Assembly (NCBI RefSeq): GCF_964194155.1
Contig: NC_135893.1
Span: 29,140,001-29,204,000 of the forward strand
Direction of reading: 5' to 3'
From: Cetorhinus maximus
Lineage: Eukaryota
Length of the DNA stretch: 64,000 bases
Shown here: positions 51,701 through 64,000 of the stretch, one piece after another
Layout: every line of letters begins with the position of its first letter
Position numbering within the stretch: the stretch's first letter is position 1
Position numbers and translations under genes: made by a program
Notes under the pieces: generated by a model
The model's database searches: none
What the model was told of the DNA's origin: nothing
Seen by the model: only the letters and a program-made list of their open reading frames with translations

Positions 51701-53397
51701 TGGTTTCCAGCATCTTCTGCTCCTGCGATGTCCACAATGTGAGCAAGGCCTTGGCAGTAAGTCCCGACTTCTGCACATCACACTGGTCAAGACGTGTTCT
51801 ATGCTGTCATGCAATCACGCCGACATGGACAGACGATCCAGTTGCTGGGGGGATGATTCCGGCGGGCTGACCTTATTATGATATGCAGATACATTACAAC
51901 AAGGTTTTTGATGTCCGATGGCAGGAACCACGGCCTGTTGTTGAAGAGCTGAGCAGATAATCGTAAAGTGGTTTCACAACGTCATGAAAGCGATTTTTGG
52001 CCTTCGTGTCATATTGTCCGCTCATGCTGCTAAGCATGCCCGATGCCAGCGGGCATGGACAATTCTGCCTGAAGTCTTAGTAATACAATTAGATAAGCAT
52101 AGTATGATTAGAACAAGTCAACATGGTTTTACGAAAGGGAAATTCTGCTTGACAAATTTATTAGAGTTTTTTGTGGAAATAACTAATCGGGTAGATAAAG
52201 GGGAACCAGTAGATGTAGTATACTTGGATTTCCAAAAGGCATTCGATAAGATGCCACACAAATGATTAATACACAAAATAAGAGCTTATGGAGTTGGGGG
52301 TGATATATTAGCATGGACAAGGAATGGATTTGGGACAGGAAGCTGAGAGTAGGGATAAATGGGGCATTTTCAAGTTGGCAGGCTGTGACTAGTGACAAGA
52401 GTCAGTATGGGGCCTCAGCTATTTACAGTCTATATTAATAACTTAAATGAAGAGACAGAGAGTAATGTATCTAAATTTGCTGATGAAACAAAGCTAGCTG
52501 GAATGCAAGTTGTGAGGAGGACCAAGAGGCTGCAAAGAGATATAGGCAGGTTAAGTGAGTGGGCAACAAGACGGCAGATGGAATATAATGTAGGGAAGTG
52601 TGAGGTTATTTACTTTGCTCATAAGAATAAAAAAGCAGAATATTTTTAAAAGGTGTGAAATTTATAAATTTTGATGTTCAGGGAGTTTTGGGTGTACTTG
52701 TATAAAGAACAAAATAAGTTAGCATGTAGGTACAGCAAGCAATTAGGAAAGCAAATGGAATGCTGACCTTTATAGCAAGGGGATTGGTGTACAAGAATAA
52801 AGAAGTCTTGCTACAATTGTACAGGCTTTGGTGAGACCACACCTGGAATACTGTGTTCAACCCAGTATGGCCTCCATATTTACAGAAGGATATACTTATA
52901 TAGGAGGCAGGATAATGAAGGTTCACTAGATTGATTCCTGGGTTGAGAGAGTTGTCTTATAATGAGAGATGGAGTAAATTTGGTTTATATTCTCTGAAGT
53001 TTAGAAGGAGGAGAGGCGATCTCACTGAAACATTCAAGATTATGAAGGGGGTTGGCAGGGTAGATATTGAGACAATGTTTGCCTTGACTGCGGAATCTAG
53101 AACAAGGGGCACAGTTTCAGGATAAGGGGTCGACCGTTTAGGATAGGAGAAATTTCTACACTCAAAGGCTTGTGGATCTTTGGAGTTCTCTATCCCAGAT
53201 GGTTGTGGATGCTGCATCATTGAATATATTTAAGGCTAGGATAGACAGATTTTTGGTCTTTCAGGGAATCAGGGAATGTGGGAAGTGAGTGGCCAAATGA
53301 AGTTGAAGCCCAGGATCAGCCATGATCATATTGGATGACAGAGCAGGCTCAAAGGGTTGTATGATCTTCCCCTGCTCTTATTTCTTATGTTCTTATG
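48730..53397 (+). mobile_element. CR1 LINE with 5' UTR and ORF1, interrupted and internally deleted at a Harbinger derivative
   Basis: ORF1 MAEQVICCSSSIWEL...ELESEVWALQCIREGE, then an SGNH-esterase-like part (AIVVGD, GARVNDI, VLVVHMDINNI). ORF2 resumes at about 52070 (SQHGFTKGKFCLTNLLEFF) and runs to the tail ttcttatgttcttatg. Confidence 0.88.
50095..52069. mobile_element. Internally deleted Harbinger derivative
   Basis: 50110-50290 (LPLKESGRGPRAP) is homologous to the Myb C-terminal part at 45540-45650 (LPLKESAKGPQAP). It has a C/T-rich interior and a right TIR ggacaattctgcc. Confidence 0.7.
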
Positions 53398-53399
53398 AA

Positions 53400-53648
53400 T
53401 TTAGCATAAGGTCTGGCACATAAAGGGTTAACGTGGGACTGAGTACAGTACCACCTACACAGTGATATAAGAGAACACGTGACCGTTGTTGTGTTGGACA
53501 GAGCTGTGTTCAGAGGCAAGCATGGAGACAGCTCCGAATTTGGACCTTTACTGTACCTATGTATATAGTTTCTAGTAAATAAATACTTATTGTTGAACGA
53601 CCTAAGACTACGAATGCCTTAATAGGACTTACCGAACTACACCCAACA
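53400..53648 (+). mobile_element. Short solo LTR, related to 28349-28605
   Basis: gggttaacgtgggactg motif, AATAAA near 53578, ending caaca. Confidence 0.6.
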
Positions 53649-54513
53649 CATTACAGTAATGAACACCAGACATTAATCCAGCTGCAAGTTTGTAAGATCC
53701 AAATTTTCACAGATTTGCGCTTCTAAGATTTGGACCATTGGGTTATAGAGTTCAAACAGAGAGTCACACAGCAGCAATCAGCTGCATCCCTCCAGTGTCA
53801 AAATAGTATGACATTTCACCCCATTTGCTAGGTCCTATAGCTCAAGGTGAGATCTTACTGCCTCACCCAGCTCTTCTCATTCAGACTTTTATGGAGTAGC
53901 TAAAGTCCTGTCAAGAAAATCAATTCCTATTTTTGACAGCTATTTCCTAACTGCTGCGTATACAAACTTAAATGGCTTAATCATAAAATTAATAGCTGGG
54001 AAACTGCTATTAAGCCCCTTACATTGTTCCCCAGTCATCTACACAAATAGAGATTTCAATTTTATAAAGAATACTTTTTGAAAGTGTGTCAGGAAACTGG
54101 AACAACATCATAGAAACATCTTCAGTGTTCCTTATTATTTATGTGTTTTTATTCAGTAAAGGTGCTTTTATTATAATCACTTTGTTCTGTCCCTTTATTC
54201 TGTTACATTAGTGTAGCTCCAATGGCATTGCTCACTGAGTCGGAGGATGTGTGGTAGTATAGGGGTGGGAGTCTGCGATCTTAGGATAAAGAATCAGTGG
54301 GAGCTGGGGAGGGGGTGGTTTGTTTGTGTCCTCTAATTCAATTTAAATCAATCAAAGAGAAAAGAAAGACTTGTGTTTACAATGCACCTTTCACAAAATC
54401 CTAAAACGGACAACTTTTGAAATACAGTTACCATTATAATGTGGAAAACGTGGCAGCTAATTTAAACACAGCAAGCTCCCACAAACAGCAAAGTAATAGT
54501 GTCCAGATAGTTA

Positions 54514-57224
54514 GGGAGGTGCTGGCATTGTGATATTGTCTCTGGTAATCCAGAGACGGAGGGTGATGCGCAGGACCTAGGTTCGAATCCCACCAAGGCA
54601 GATGGTAGAATTTGAATTCAATAAAAATCTGAATTAAAAGACTATTGATTACCATGATCACCATTGTCGATTGTCGTAAAAACCCATCTGGTTTGCTAAT
54701 GCCCTTTAGGAAAGGAAATCTGCTGTCCTCGCCTGGTCTGGCCTACGTGCAACTCCAGATCCGCAGTTGTTGTTGATTCTGAAATGGTCGTCTAGCAAGC
54801 CATTCAGTTGCATCAAACTGCTAAAAAGTTAATAAAAAGGAATGAAACCGGATGGGCCGCCCGGCATCAACCTCAGCACCAGAAACAACAATGGCAAACC
54901 TAGTCCTGTTGACCCATCTGGGCCAATTCAAAATTGGGAGAGGTGTCTCACAGACTAGGCAAGCAGCAGCTTGATATAGTCATACTCATGGAATCATACC
55001 TTACAGATTCAGATACCACCATCACCATCTAGCACAGGGGTATACAGTCGGGAGGGAGTTGCCCTGGGAATTGTCAATATCGACCGGGGCCCCCATGAAA
55101 TCTTGTGGCATTTGGTCAAACATGGGCAAAGAAACCTCCTTCTGATGACCATGGACTGCGCCCCCCACCTCCCACAACCTTCAGCCAATGAATCAGTACT
55201 GGTCAATGTTGGACACCACTTGGAGGAATCACTGAAAGTGGCAAGGACGCAGAATGTACTCAGGGTAGGGGACTTCGATGTCCATCACCAAGAGTGGCTT
55301 GGTAGCACCACCACAGACCAAGCTAGCCGAGTCCTAAAGCTCATAGCAGCTAGATTGGGTTTGCGGCAGGTCATGAGGGAACCAACAAGAGGGAAAAAGA
55401 TATTTGACCTTATCCTCATCAACCTGCCTGCCACAGATGCATCTGTCCATGACAGTATCGGTAAGAGTGACAGCCGCACAGTCCTTATGGAGACAAGGTC
55501 CCATATTCACATTGAGGATACCCTCCATCGTGTTGAGTGGCACTACCATCGTGCTAAATGGGATAGATTTTGTACAGATCTAGCAACTCAAGACTGGGCA
55601 TCCATGAGGCAGTGTGGGTCATCAGCAGCAGCAGCAGAATTGTACTCAACCACAATCTATAACCTCATGGCCCAGCATATCCACCACTCTACCATTACCA
55701 CCAAGGCACAGGATCAGCCCTGGCTCAATGTAGAGTGCAGGAGGGCATGCTAGGAGGAGCACCAGGCATACCTAAACATGAGGTGTCAACCTGGTGAAGC
55801 TATAACACAGGACTACTTGCATGACAAACAGCATAAGCAGCAAGTGATAGACAGAGCTGAGCAATTTCACAGCCAGCAGATCAAATCTGAGTTCTGCAGT
55901 GCTGCCACATCCAGTCGTGAATGGTGGTGGGCAATTAAACAACTCACTGGAGGAGGAGGCTCCACAAATATCCCCATCCTCAATGATGGGGGAGCCCATT
56001 GCATCAGTGCAAAAGATAAGGCTGAAGCATTTGCAACAATCTGCAGCCAGAAGTGCTGAGTGGGCGATTCATGTCTTCTTCCTCCAGTGGTCCCCAGCAT
56101 CATAGATGCCAGTCTTCAGCCAATTTGATTCACCCCACATGATATCACTGGATTTTGAAAAGGCTATGGGCTCTGACAATATTCCGGCAATGGTACTGAA
56201 GACTTGTGCCGTACCCCTAGCCAAGCTGTTCTAGTACAGCTACAAAACTAGCATCTACCCTGCTATGTGGAAAATTGCCCAGGTATGTCCTGTACACAAA
56301 AAGCAGGACAAATCCAACCCAGCCAATTACCACCCCATCAGTCTATTCTCCAGCATCAGGAAAGTGATGGAAGGGGTCATCAACAGTGCTATCAAGCGGC
56401 ACTTGCTTAGCAATAACCTGCGTACTGAAGTTCAGTTTGGGTTCCACCAGGGTCACTCAGCTTCTGAACCCATTACAGTCTTGGTTCAAACATGGAAAAA
56501 AGAGTTGAACTCCAGAAGTGAGGTCAGAATGACTGCCCTTGACATCAAGGCAGCATTTGACTGAATGTGGCATCAAGGATCCCGAGCAAAACTGGAGTCA
56601 ATGGGAATCAGGAAGAAAACTCTCCACTGGTTGGAGTCATACCTAGCACAAAGGAAGATGGTTGTAGTTGTTGGAGGTCAGTCATCTCAGTTCCAGGACA
56701 TCACTGCAGGAGTTCCTCAGGGTAGCACCCTCGGCCCAACCATCTTCAGCTGCTTCATCAATGACCTTGTTTCCATCATGAAGTCAGAAGTGGGGATGTT
56801 CGCTGATGAATGCACAATGTTCAGCACCATTCGCAACCCCTCAGATACTGAAGCAGTCCATGCCCAAATGCAGCAAGACCTGGACAATAAGCAGGCATGG
56901 GCTGACAAGTGGCAAGTAACATTCGCACCACACAAGTGTCAGGCAATGACCATCTCCAACAAGAGAGGATCCAACCATCGCCTCTTGATATTTATTGGCA
57001 TTACCATCGCTGAATCCCCCACTATCCCCCGCTACTTGGGGGTTACCATTGATCAGAAGCTGAACTGGACTAGCCATATAAATACTGTGACTACAAGAGT
57101 AGGTGAGGGGCTGGGAATCCTGCTGTGTGTAACCCACCTCCTGACTCCCCAAAGCCTGTCGACCATCTACAAGCCACAAGTCAGGAGTGTGATGGAATAC
57201 TCTCCCGTAAATGAATTAAAAAAA
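54514..57224 (+). mobile_element. tRNA-headed APE+RT LINE, copy 2 (3' internal deletion), inserted in a minus-strand DeuSINE (about 54360-54513 and 57225-57490)
   Basis: A-box-like tggcattgtga at 54523 and B box GGTTCGAATCC at 54580-54590. APE (VGDFDVHHQEWLGS, DLILIN), RT (ALDIKAAFD, GVPQGSTLGP, FADE) and poly(A) end. Confidence 0.9.
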
Positions 57225-58849
57225 GGTTTCTTTTAGTGATGTTGGTTGAATGATAATTAATAACTAGAACACCAAAAAGAACTCCATTGCTCCTCTTTGA
57301 AATAGTGCCATAGGATCTTTTACACTCAGAGAAAGCTGACAGTGTAGCATCTCATTCAAATGGCTGCACTCCCTCAGAAGTACATTGAGGTGGTAGCATC
57401 GATTTTGTGCTCAGGTCACTGGAGTGCGACCTAAACCCACAAATTTTAACTCAAAAGGAAGTGTGCTGCCCATTGAGGCAGAGCTGAGACCTTGACAAAT
57501 AAGCTTCCTCTTAACCCTAGACATTTCCAAGAAAAGTTTTCATTTATTTATTTACTTGTAATATCTAGCTCTATGTTCATTTTCAGATTCAGGTCAGATA
57601 TCTAATACAGACATAATTCCGGGAAGAGGTTTGCTCAATTTTGTTTATGGTCTGGATTTATTGATAGGCATAAAATGAAGACAGACTCCAGATGGTAAAT
57701 GTTGTAAAGCATTTTTATAGAAAAAAAAACTATTGTCACAGGAGAGAGAATGCAATATCGTGTGAATTGCAATAGAAAGTTCTGGAATTTATACACACTG
57801 AGGATTTACATGGATGGGGGAAAGGGGAAAGAATCAGGCTTGAAGGGATGGGATAAGGGAGCCAGAGCAAAGTGGAACACAGGAAAAGGAGGAGGTCATT
57901 CAGCTCCTTGAGTCTGTTTCATCAATGAATTAGATCATGGTATGAAAACATGTGACTAGGCAGCTTGTGATAAGAAACAATTTGCAATGATGACAATGGA
58001 CATTGCTCATCCCAAGGGAAGAATCGGGCCAATCAATTCAAATACAAACCTCTTTTACAATTTGTTGAAATATATTTTTGATTGGCAGATCCTTTTGTAT
58101 TACTGAGCTATTTTAATTTAGTGGATCCTGTTCACTGTTTGAAGGTATATATTAAACTATCCTTTTTCCAAAGAGAGAGTCTGTTTGGAAGGAGACAGTG
58201 GTTGGAGGCAGATTAAAAGAAATAATTTGCAGTAACATTCACAGAACCATTCCATTTATCTAGCGTCTGGATAGGTGCACACAGGGCATCAAGAAATCCC
58301 ATTTTATTCATTAATTTCTTGTTGGATCTCCTAACCCCTCCACTTCTCTTATCCTAAACCTTTAGCTTATGACCTCTCTGACAACCATTCTCCCCCTACC
58401 TTTCATCGTATATAGTCCCCTATGACCATTTTCTATCCACTCCCCCCACTCATTACTCTTTCCCCTGCATTAATCTCTCAGGAATTAAAGTCCTGTTTTG
58501 CAGTCTCAGTCTTTCAAAGCACTTATCAAGTTAAGACTGTTTTAAGTCAGGCACCCAATATGTGTCATTGAGGGCGACTATTCTGTCTTGTCCTCCTCAT
58601 CAGCCCACGAAAGGAACAGAGTTGCTCATGGCTGTCATCATCATCTGTGATCTGGATCAGTGTCTGTATTTTGCTGTCCTATTGTGTTTATTGCATGGTT
58701 ACACCTGGCACTATGACCTGGTGCCCATTCCCCCACTCTCAGTGGTGGATTTCATTGCAGCCCCTCTCCAGTCTTCCCACCCCACCAGTGCCCTCGTGGA
58801 AGCTGTAGCTTTAGAAAGTGTGTGTGATCTAGGGCACAGTTGTATTCTT

Positions 58850-59542
58850 CTCTTGTTTGTGATGAACACTGCAGTTTGCAAGAAGCTTGTATTTTTGAGA
58901 CATTCCCTGACCAAAGTGACACTAAGATATTTCTGGAAAGAGGGGCGTCATTGGATTTCCTGACTGTGAGGTGCCTAAAGTTGTGTGAAAAGCTCAGGCA
59001 CACTAAAGAGCTGGGTGTTTATACTAGAGGTGACCAGACCGCGAACCAGAGTGTTGTTGGTTGATGAGTTGAAAAGGAACTCTGGAAAGCTGCACCAGAA
59101 AGACTGTCATGACCTGAGGGAGAGAGGGTTTATAGAAGTACACCTTGTCAGTGTTAATTATATTTGAGGAACTTGCTCGGAATAATGCTGCTGGTGAAAG
59201 CGACTTGAGGGCTAAATCCAGGGGGTGGGATATGTGAGAGATTCTGCGTACAGGATGCAAGGTTTAAAGAAGATTAGAGTGCACATGGTGCCACATGTGC
59301 TGGGAGTGATGCTGAGAATTACAAGAAAATTACCCTTGCTGTATTGGCTATTTGAAATGAAATTTAACATTTCTATTGAGACACCATTTGTTGTTAATGC
59401 ATGCTTAATTCATGTTGATTTTTGATTTAATTGTTACAGTAAAAATTTTAAAAGCGGAAACCTTGTCCATCGGTTCCTTTTGTTGGAGTCATTTGGGGAT
59501 CCCTTTTTTTCTGGTTTATTGGTCTGTGCATGAATCACAACA
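58850..59542 (+). mobile_element. LTR-like remnant related to 17403-18439
   Basis: 3' part ttgttacagtaaaaattttaaaa...ggtctgtgcatgaatcacaaca resembles the end of the 17.4-kb LTR. Left boundary uncertain. Confidence 0.5.
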
Positions 59543-60899
59543 TACTGCTGATGCTTTTTCAAACACTTGGAATATCATCAAAATGAGGACAAATCTGATG
59601 TTATAGATGAACGTTGATTCTCCTCCTCCTCCACCTTGGGCAATAAGTAAGAACATTGGCTACAACTGAATGTGCCCCCAGTGTCATTTCTGAAGAAGCC
59701 AGTCAAATTTAACTTCCGTGTCGAGTCAGGTTATATTTATTGTGTTTTTTAACATAGCTCCTGCAATGCAGAATTTTTGTCAGCTCATTTCGCCTTGCCA
59801 CCGATTCTTCTGAGGGTACTGTGTCACACTGGGGTAAAGTTCCACTGCCTCCAACCCCTCACCCAAATGTTCATTCTTCATGTACAAGGTCAAACACTGA
59901 GCATTATCAGGCCATCAGACTGTTATACAGGCTCTAAACCAGTGATAACATTTCAAAAGTGCCTCATTGTCTCTAAAGTGCTTTGGGATATCCTGAGACT
60001 GTGAAAGACGCTATATAAATGCAGGCCTTGCTTCCTTCCTTTGTGGGAGCATCACAAACCTGATGTCAACATGCCGACACTTTATTAGATAGCAAGAAGC
60101 CACTGTAGTCCCATCCTGTTTATTCCAAATGCATTCAGTTCTATTGTCCTGCCATCTTGGTTGTGATTAAATCAGTGTTTGACCTGGGGCATTCTTATTC
60201 AGTACTACACTCAACCCAGCATTTACAAACTGGTCCTCAGAGTGGTTATTCTATATTGGCATAGGCTCTCCACATCCCCTCCATCTTGATTGGACCATGT
60301 CAGCAACCAGCCAGAGGCCCTGCCCATCCTGGAGACACCCTGACTCCGCTCAGGTTTCTAAACCAGGGTTATTTGCATTGCAAGGGAGGCCCCCCAGATT
60401 CAGCTGGGCATGTCACATCAGTTAGGAGACATGAGGTGGCAGGCCTTGGGAAGCAGGTCACAGTGCAAAGAAAAAGCAGCCAGTGAGAAAGAAAAGCTTT
60501 CCACGTAAAAATGTATCTTTCGATGCTGGGACCTGTGCAATGGACAATCTCCCAGGCCCCTGTGGTATTTTTGTGCTAAGGCTCCCTTAGCTTACATTTT
60601 AACACTGGGCCTAACAAGTGATGCCAGTGACCAGCATTCAAAGAGTACAAATGGCAGGAGCACCGTGGAGGCCCTGGTTTCCTCACGTCCATGTAGTAAA
60701 CATACACCTGGTACATATAAATGGCCATCTTGGGCCTCTGGAAAATGTATAGAGGGACTGGCACCTCTCCAGGTAAATTCCCCTCTGTCTGCCCTGGATC
60801 CTCCAAATAATGGCAGGTAGGGGCAAGGTGGAAGTCCTAGGCTTCTCTATGTCTATCATGTCCAGAGAACCGTGAATGATGATACATGGAGAAGAAAGA

Positions 60900-61330
60900 A
60901 AGAAGTTGAACTTTATCCCAAAACATTTTAACATCCAATGAATTACTTTTTGTGGGTGTACGTGGCAGCCAATTTGCATACAAGAAGATCCAACAAGCAG
61001 GAGATGAACGAATGAGCAGCCAATTTGATTTTTGCTGGTGTTTATAGGAGGGATGTTGTCATGACACCAGGAGGGATGTTGCCATGACACCAGGAGGGGG
61101 GTTGCCACGACAGCTGCTCCACTTCAAATAGGGCCATGGCTTTTTTTTAAACCAACTGAGCAAGCAGGTAGACATCCGCCCAAATGAATGGCCGGCCAAT
61201 GGTTTGACTTAACCTCTTATCTGAAAGGTGGCACTTTCAGCAATGCAGCCCTTCCTCTACAACACTGAAGTATCATTGCCGATAATATGCTTGAATATAT
61301 GGTGGGGTTCCAAGTCAGCACCTACTGACT
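60900..61330 (-). mobile_element. Degenerate DeuSINE with a small internal tandem duplication (catgacaccaggaggg x2)
   Basis: gtggcagccaatttgc...tctgaaaggtggcactttcagcaatgcagc. Confidence 0.6.
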
Positions 61331-61838
61331 TCACTATCAAGTAATCCAGGTTGACACACACAGTTGTATGTGGATGTTTTTTGCTTGTGATGTTTTCCAC
61401 CATTTAGTAGTGTCATTGAGTACAAATCCCGATAGGGATTTAGCTTTACACACATTCATAGCAAAGGCTTTATTGCGGCTGACAGCAAAATCAGAGTTTA
61501 ATCGGTATATTGTCGACCATGAAAGGGTTTTATAGCTTGTCAGGTTGCTATTGGAAGTATAAAGTATCTTAGTTTTCGTCTTGTATCTTTTACTGTCTTG
61601 CACACAGCAGTGACAGTAGTGTTAATAGGCTGGGAATTATTGTTATTTAAGGAACACGTGTACACAGCCAGGAGTGTCTAAACTAGGCCAAGTTCAGATG
61701 TCTTGTGAAATTAATCCAAACTGGCCTGGTTTGATCCAATTCACTAAAAGGACTGAACGTCGATGGTGCTGAATGGAAATGTACAGTCTAGAAATTATTG
61801 CTGATGTTAGATTTGCAAACAATTTATATTTTTACTGT

Positions 61839-62578
61839 GGGCAGGAGTTTTCGGATGGTGGGGTTCTCTGTCCCCCCACCAGCCGAAGAGTCGAAGTAAA
61901 GCATCCCTGCCAGTACCCGCTGTCCTGCAGCCAGCTAATGCCCCACGGTGCATCAATTGCCGAAGGTCAAGACTCCTGGCCCCATCTGGGGAAGAAGTCC
62001 TTTCCTAGAGCGCTGCCAGCCAATCCGTTTGGCTGAAAGCTCTGTAGTCCCAGCAGTGCCAAGTTCCAGAGGTGACCATTGCTGGGACGACAGGCATTCC
62101 CCAAAGAAGAGGAGGTTATGGAACCAAACTTCAGATAAGTCTGGGATATTGGTGGGGCCTGGTTGGCAGGCCCCAGCGAGGGGGAGTGAGGGGGAGGTGG
62201 AGGCGGGGGCAGGCTCGAGAGGCCGTGTGTAGTGTTAGAGGGGGTATGACCTTGAGAGGGTGCCCCCAATGGGCACAAGGGATCCCATAAGGGGTCCCCC
62301 CACTTGCCTGATACCAGCCTGTACAGTAAAGGATGCCAGGCTACTCACCTAGCATGGGAATCCCTCTGCTGCCGATAATATAGCAACAGAGGCAGGATGA
62401 GACCCAGTAGAGCCAAGAGCGGGTGGACTGCCTGATGTCTCCATGCCTGCCATAAAATGGGAGACAGATTGGGGCAGGCAGATAGGCAGCGGGCAGGCCA
62501 ACCACTGCATTTTACAAGCTCCTCCCCTCCCAATTCTTGTATTAAAACAGGCCATTCGCGGACCATAAAATTGCACCC
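61839..62578. mobile_element. PIF/Harbinger-type MITE
   Basis: Imperfect TIRs gggcaggagtttt / aaaattgcaccc and GC-rich interior like the other MITEs. TSD imperfect (tgt/agt). Confidence 0.6.
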
Positions 62579-63629
62579 AGTGTCTTTAGTTTAATAAAAT
62601 GTCCCAAGGCTCTTCATAGAGAAGAGCATAGAGAGCAAGAAGTAATAAAAAGTTTGGAGAGATGGTCCAAGACACAATTTTGAGTGGACTTTAAAGTTGG
62701 GGAAGCTGTGGCAAGAACGAGGGGTTTAAGGCCTGTTAACATCTCTGTTATAGAAGGGGAACAAAAAAGCATCGTGTGAACAAGTTTTATTGCTAATGCC
62801 ATCTACACTTCTCCTAGGTAAACTCTTCTATTCATTGCTACAGGCCTCATTACCACTTCTGAATCCCAACCCTCAAATGGGTCAAATTGAACCAATTTGG
62901 GATTGATTAACTCAATAGGCTTGTACATCTCAGTTTGGGTATACACATGGACATTTCAAATTAGTGACTTCGGGTTGAAACTCTTTCGAGTTATCAACAG
63001 TCACAGATTGCAACTCTTTCGAGTACAATCACAGTTCTTGGTTTCCAGGAGTGGGACACGAACCCACAACCCTCTGATTCAAAGGCGAGGGTGCTATGAA
63101 CTGAGCCACAGCTGACACCTCCTTCGGGTTGAATATGTACTGCCTAGATTGGTGAAATGAACGCCTTCTCACACCACCAGCTGTACAACTCCTATTTGAG
63201 CGAAGTTTGGGTAGTTGCAGCTCATTTCTAGAGCTCTAAAAGTAACCCTAATTTTGCACCAAGGTTGGTAGCTTCACTCTGATAAGCCACAGTGGTCGTT
63301 GACTTAGAAAATGAGAGAGTCATTTTGCTGTTCTTCTTAGTTTGGGTTATGTCTTATCCTTGGGGTAGAATGGAGAGAACCTCAGTTATCAGCTGTCACA
63401 CTGAATTGTAGAGATGTCCAATTGTTTGGAGCTGTGAACTAGATACCTGTGTCCAGAAGGGTGAACAAGCTGCATGACTTTCTAGAACTGTGAGCATTCA
63501 TTCTCAAAAAGGTTCAATTAACCATTTGCAATTATTAACCACCCAACCCCAAACACCAGTTATGGGATCCCTACATAAGACAGCAGCACTTTTCACACCC
63601 TGATGCAACAACAACAGAATTAGGGAAAA

Positions 63630-64000
63630 GCAGAGGTCTTAGAGGGTTGTGGGACTGGAAAAGATCACAGAAATAGGGAGGGGTGAGGCCTTGGAGGAAT
63701 TTGAACACAAGGGTGAGAATTTTAAAATGGAGGCATTGCTGAACAAGGAGTCAATGTACTTCAGTGAGCACAGAGGTGATGGGAGAACAGGTGTTAATGA
63801 GGCTAAGGACATGGGCAGCAGAGTTCTGGATGATCTTAAATTTGTGGAAGGTGAAAGATAAGAGACTGACGAAGGGAGCATTGGAATGGTCAAGTCTAGC
63901 AATAAAAACAGCATGGATGAGGGTCTGGCTCATCCTCAGACAGTTACCTGAGAGAGCAAGTTGGTAACTAGGGAATGTTGGACCGCAGACAATGACATAG
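63630..64000 (-). mobile_element. L2 LINE ORF2 C-terminal fragment
   Basis: QTLIHAVFIARLDHSNA...IIQNSAAHVL...SPITSVLTEVH matches the L2 motif ETLIHAF..SRLDY.N...LQ.IQN.AAR...HITPVL..LHWL. Confidence 0.85.

Noticed and set aside
57587-57628. 42-nt plus-strand micro-exon candidate (ttttcag|attcagg...gaagag|gtttgc)
   Set aside because: Weak donor, no recognisable peptide and no partner exons.
58562-58963. 133-aa hydrophobic ORF
   Set aside because: Non-ATG start, no recognisable motif, and it runs into an LTR-like remnant.

Overview
Eukaryotic, transposon-dense vertebrate DNA. The repeat set (CR1, L2, DeuSINE, Penelope, Harbinger, Gypsy-type solo LTRs) points to a cartilaginous fish such as a shark (inference). 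The only host gene I can support is the 5' part of an F-box/FBA lectin gene of the FBXO2/FBXO6/FBXO44 family on the minus strand, with coding exons at 3559-3310 and 1567-1441; the remaining exons appear to lie left of the window. Most other ORFs in the track are decayed transposon fragments or chance ORFs. The most striking signal is an APE+RT non-LTR retrotransposon present as two independent long copies (4285-7278 minus, 54514-57224 plus). Both begin with a tRNA-Thr(AGU)-like Pol III head with A and B boxes, lack an ORF1, and are almost free of TTTT Pol III terminators on the sense strand. Short SINEs made of the same head and tail also occur, with different internal breakpoints. Together this suggests a protein-coding, possibly Pol III-transcribed LINE that repeatedly gives rise to SINEs. 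A nested Harbinger/Penelope cluster (37.6-52 kb) includes a Penelope element with a 12-bp TSD and a minimal hammerhead ribozyme motif. Most repeat boundaries were read by eye and are approximate unless a TSD is quoted.
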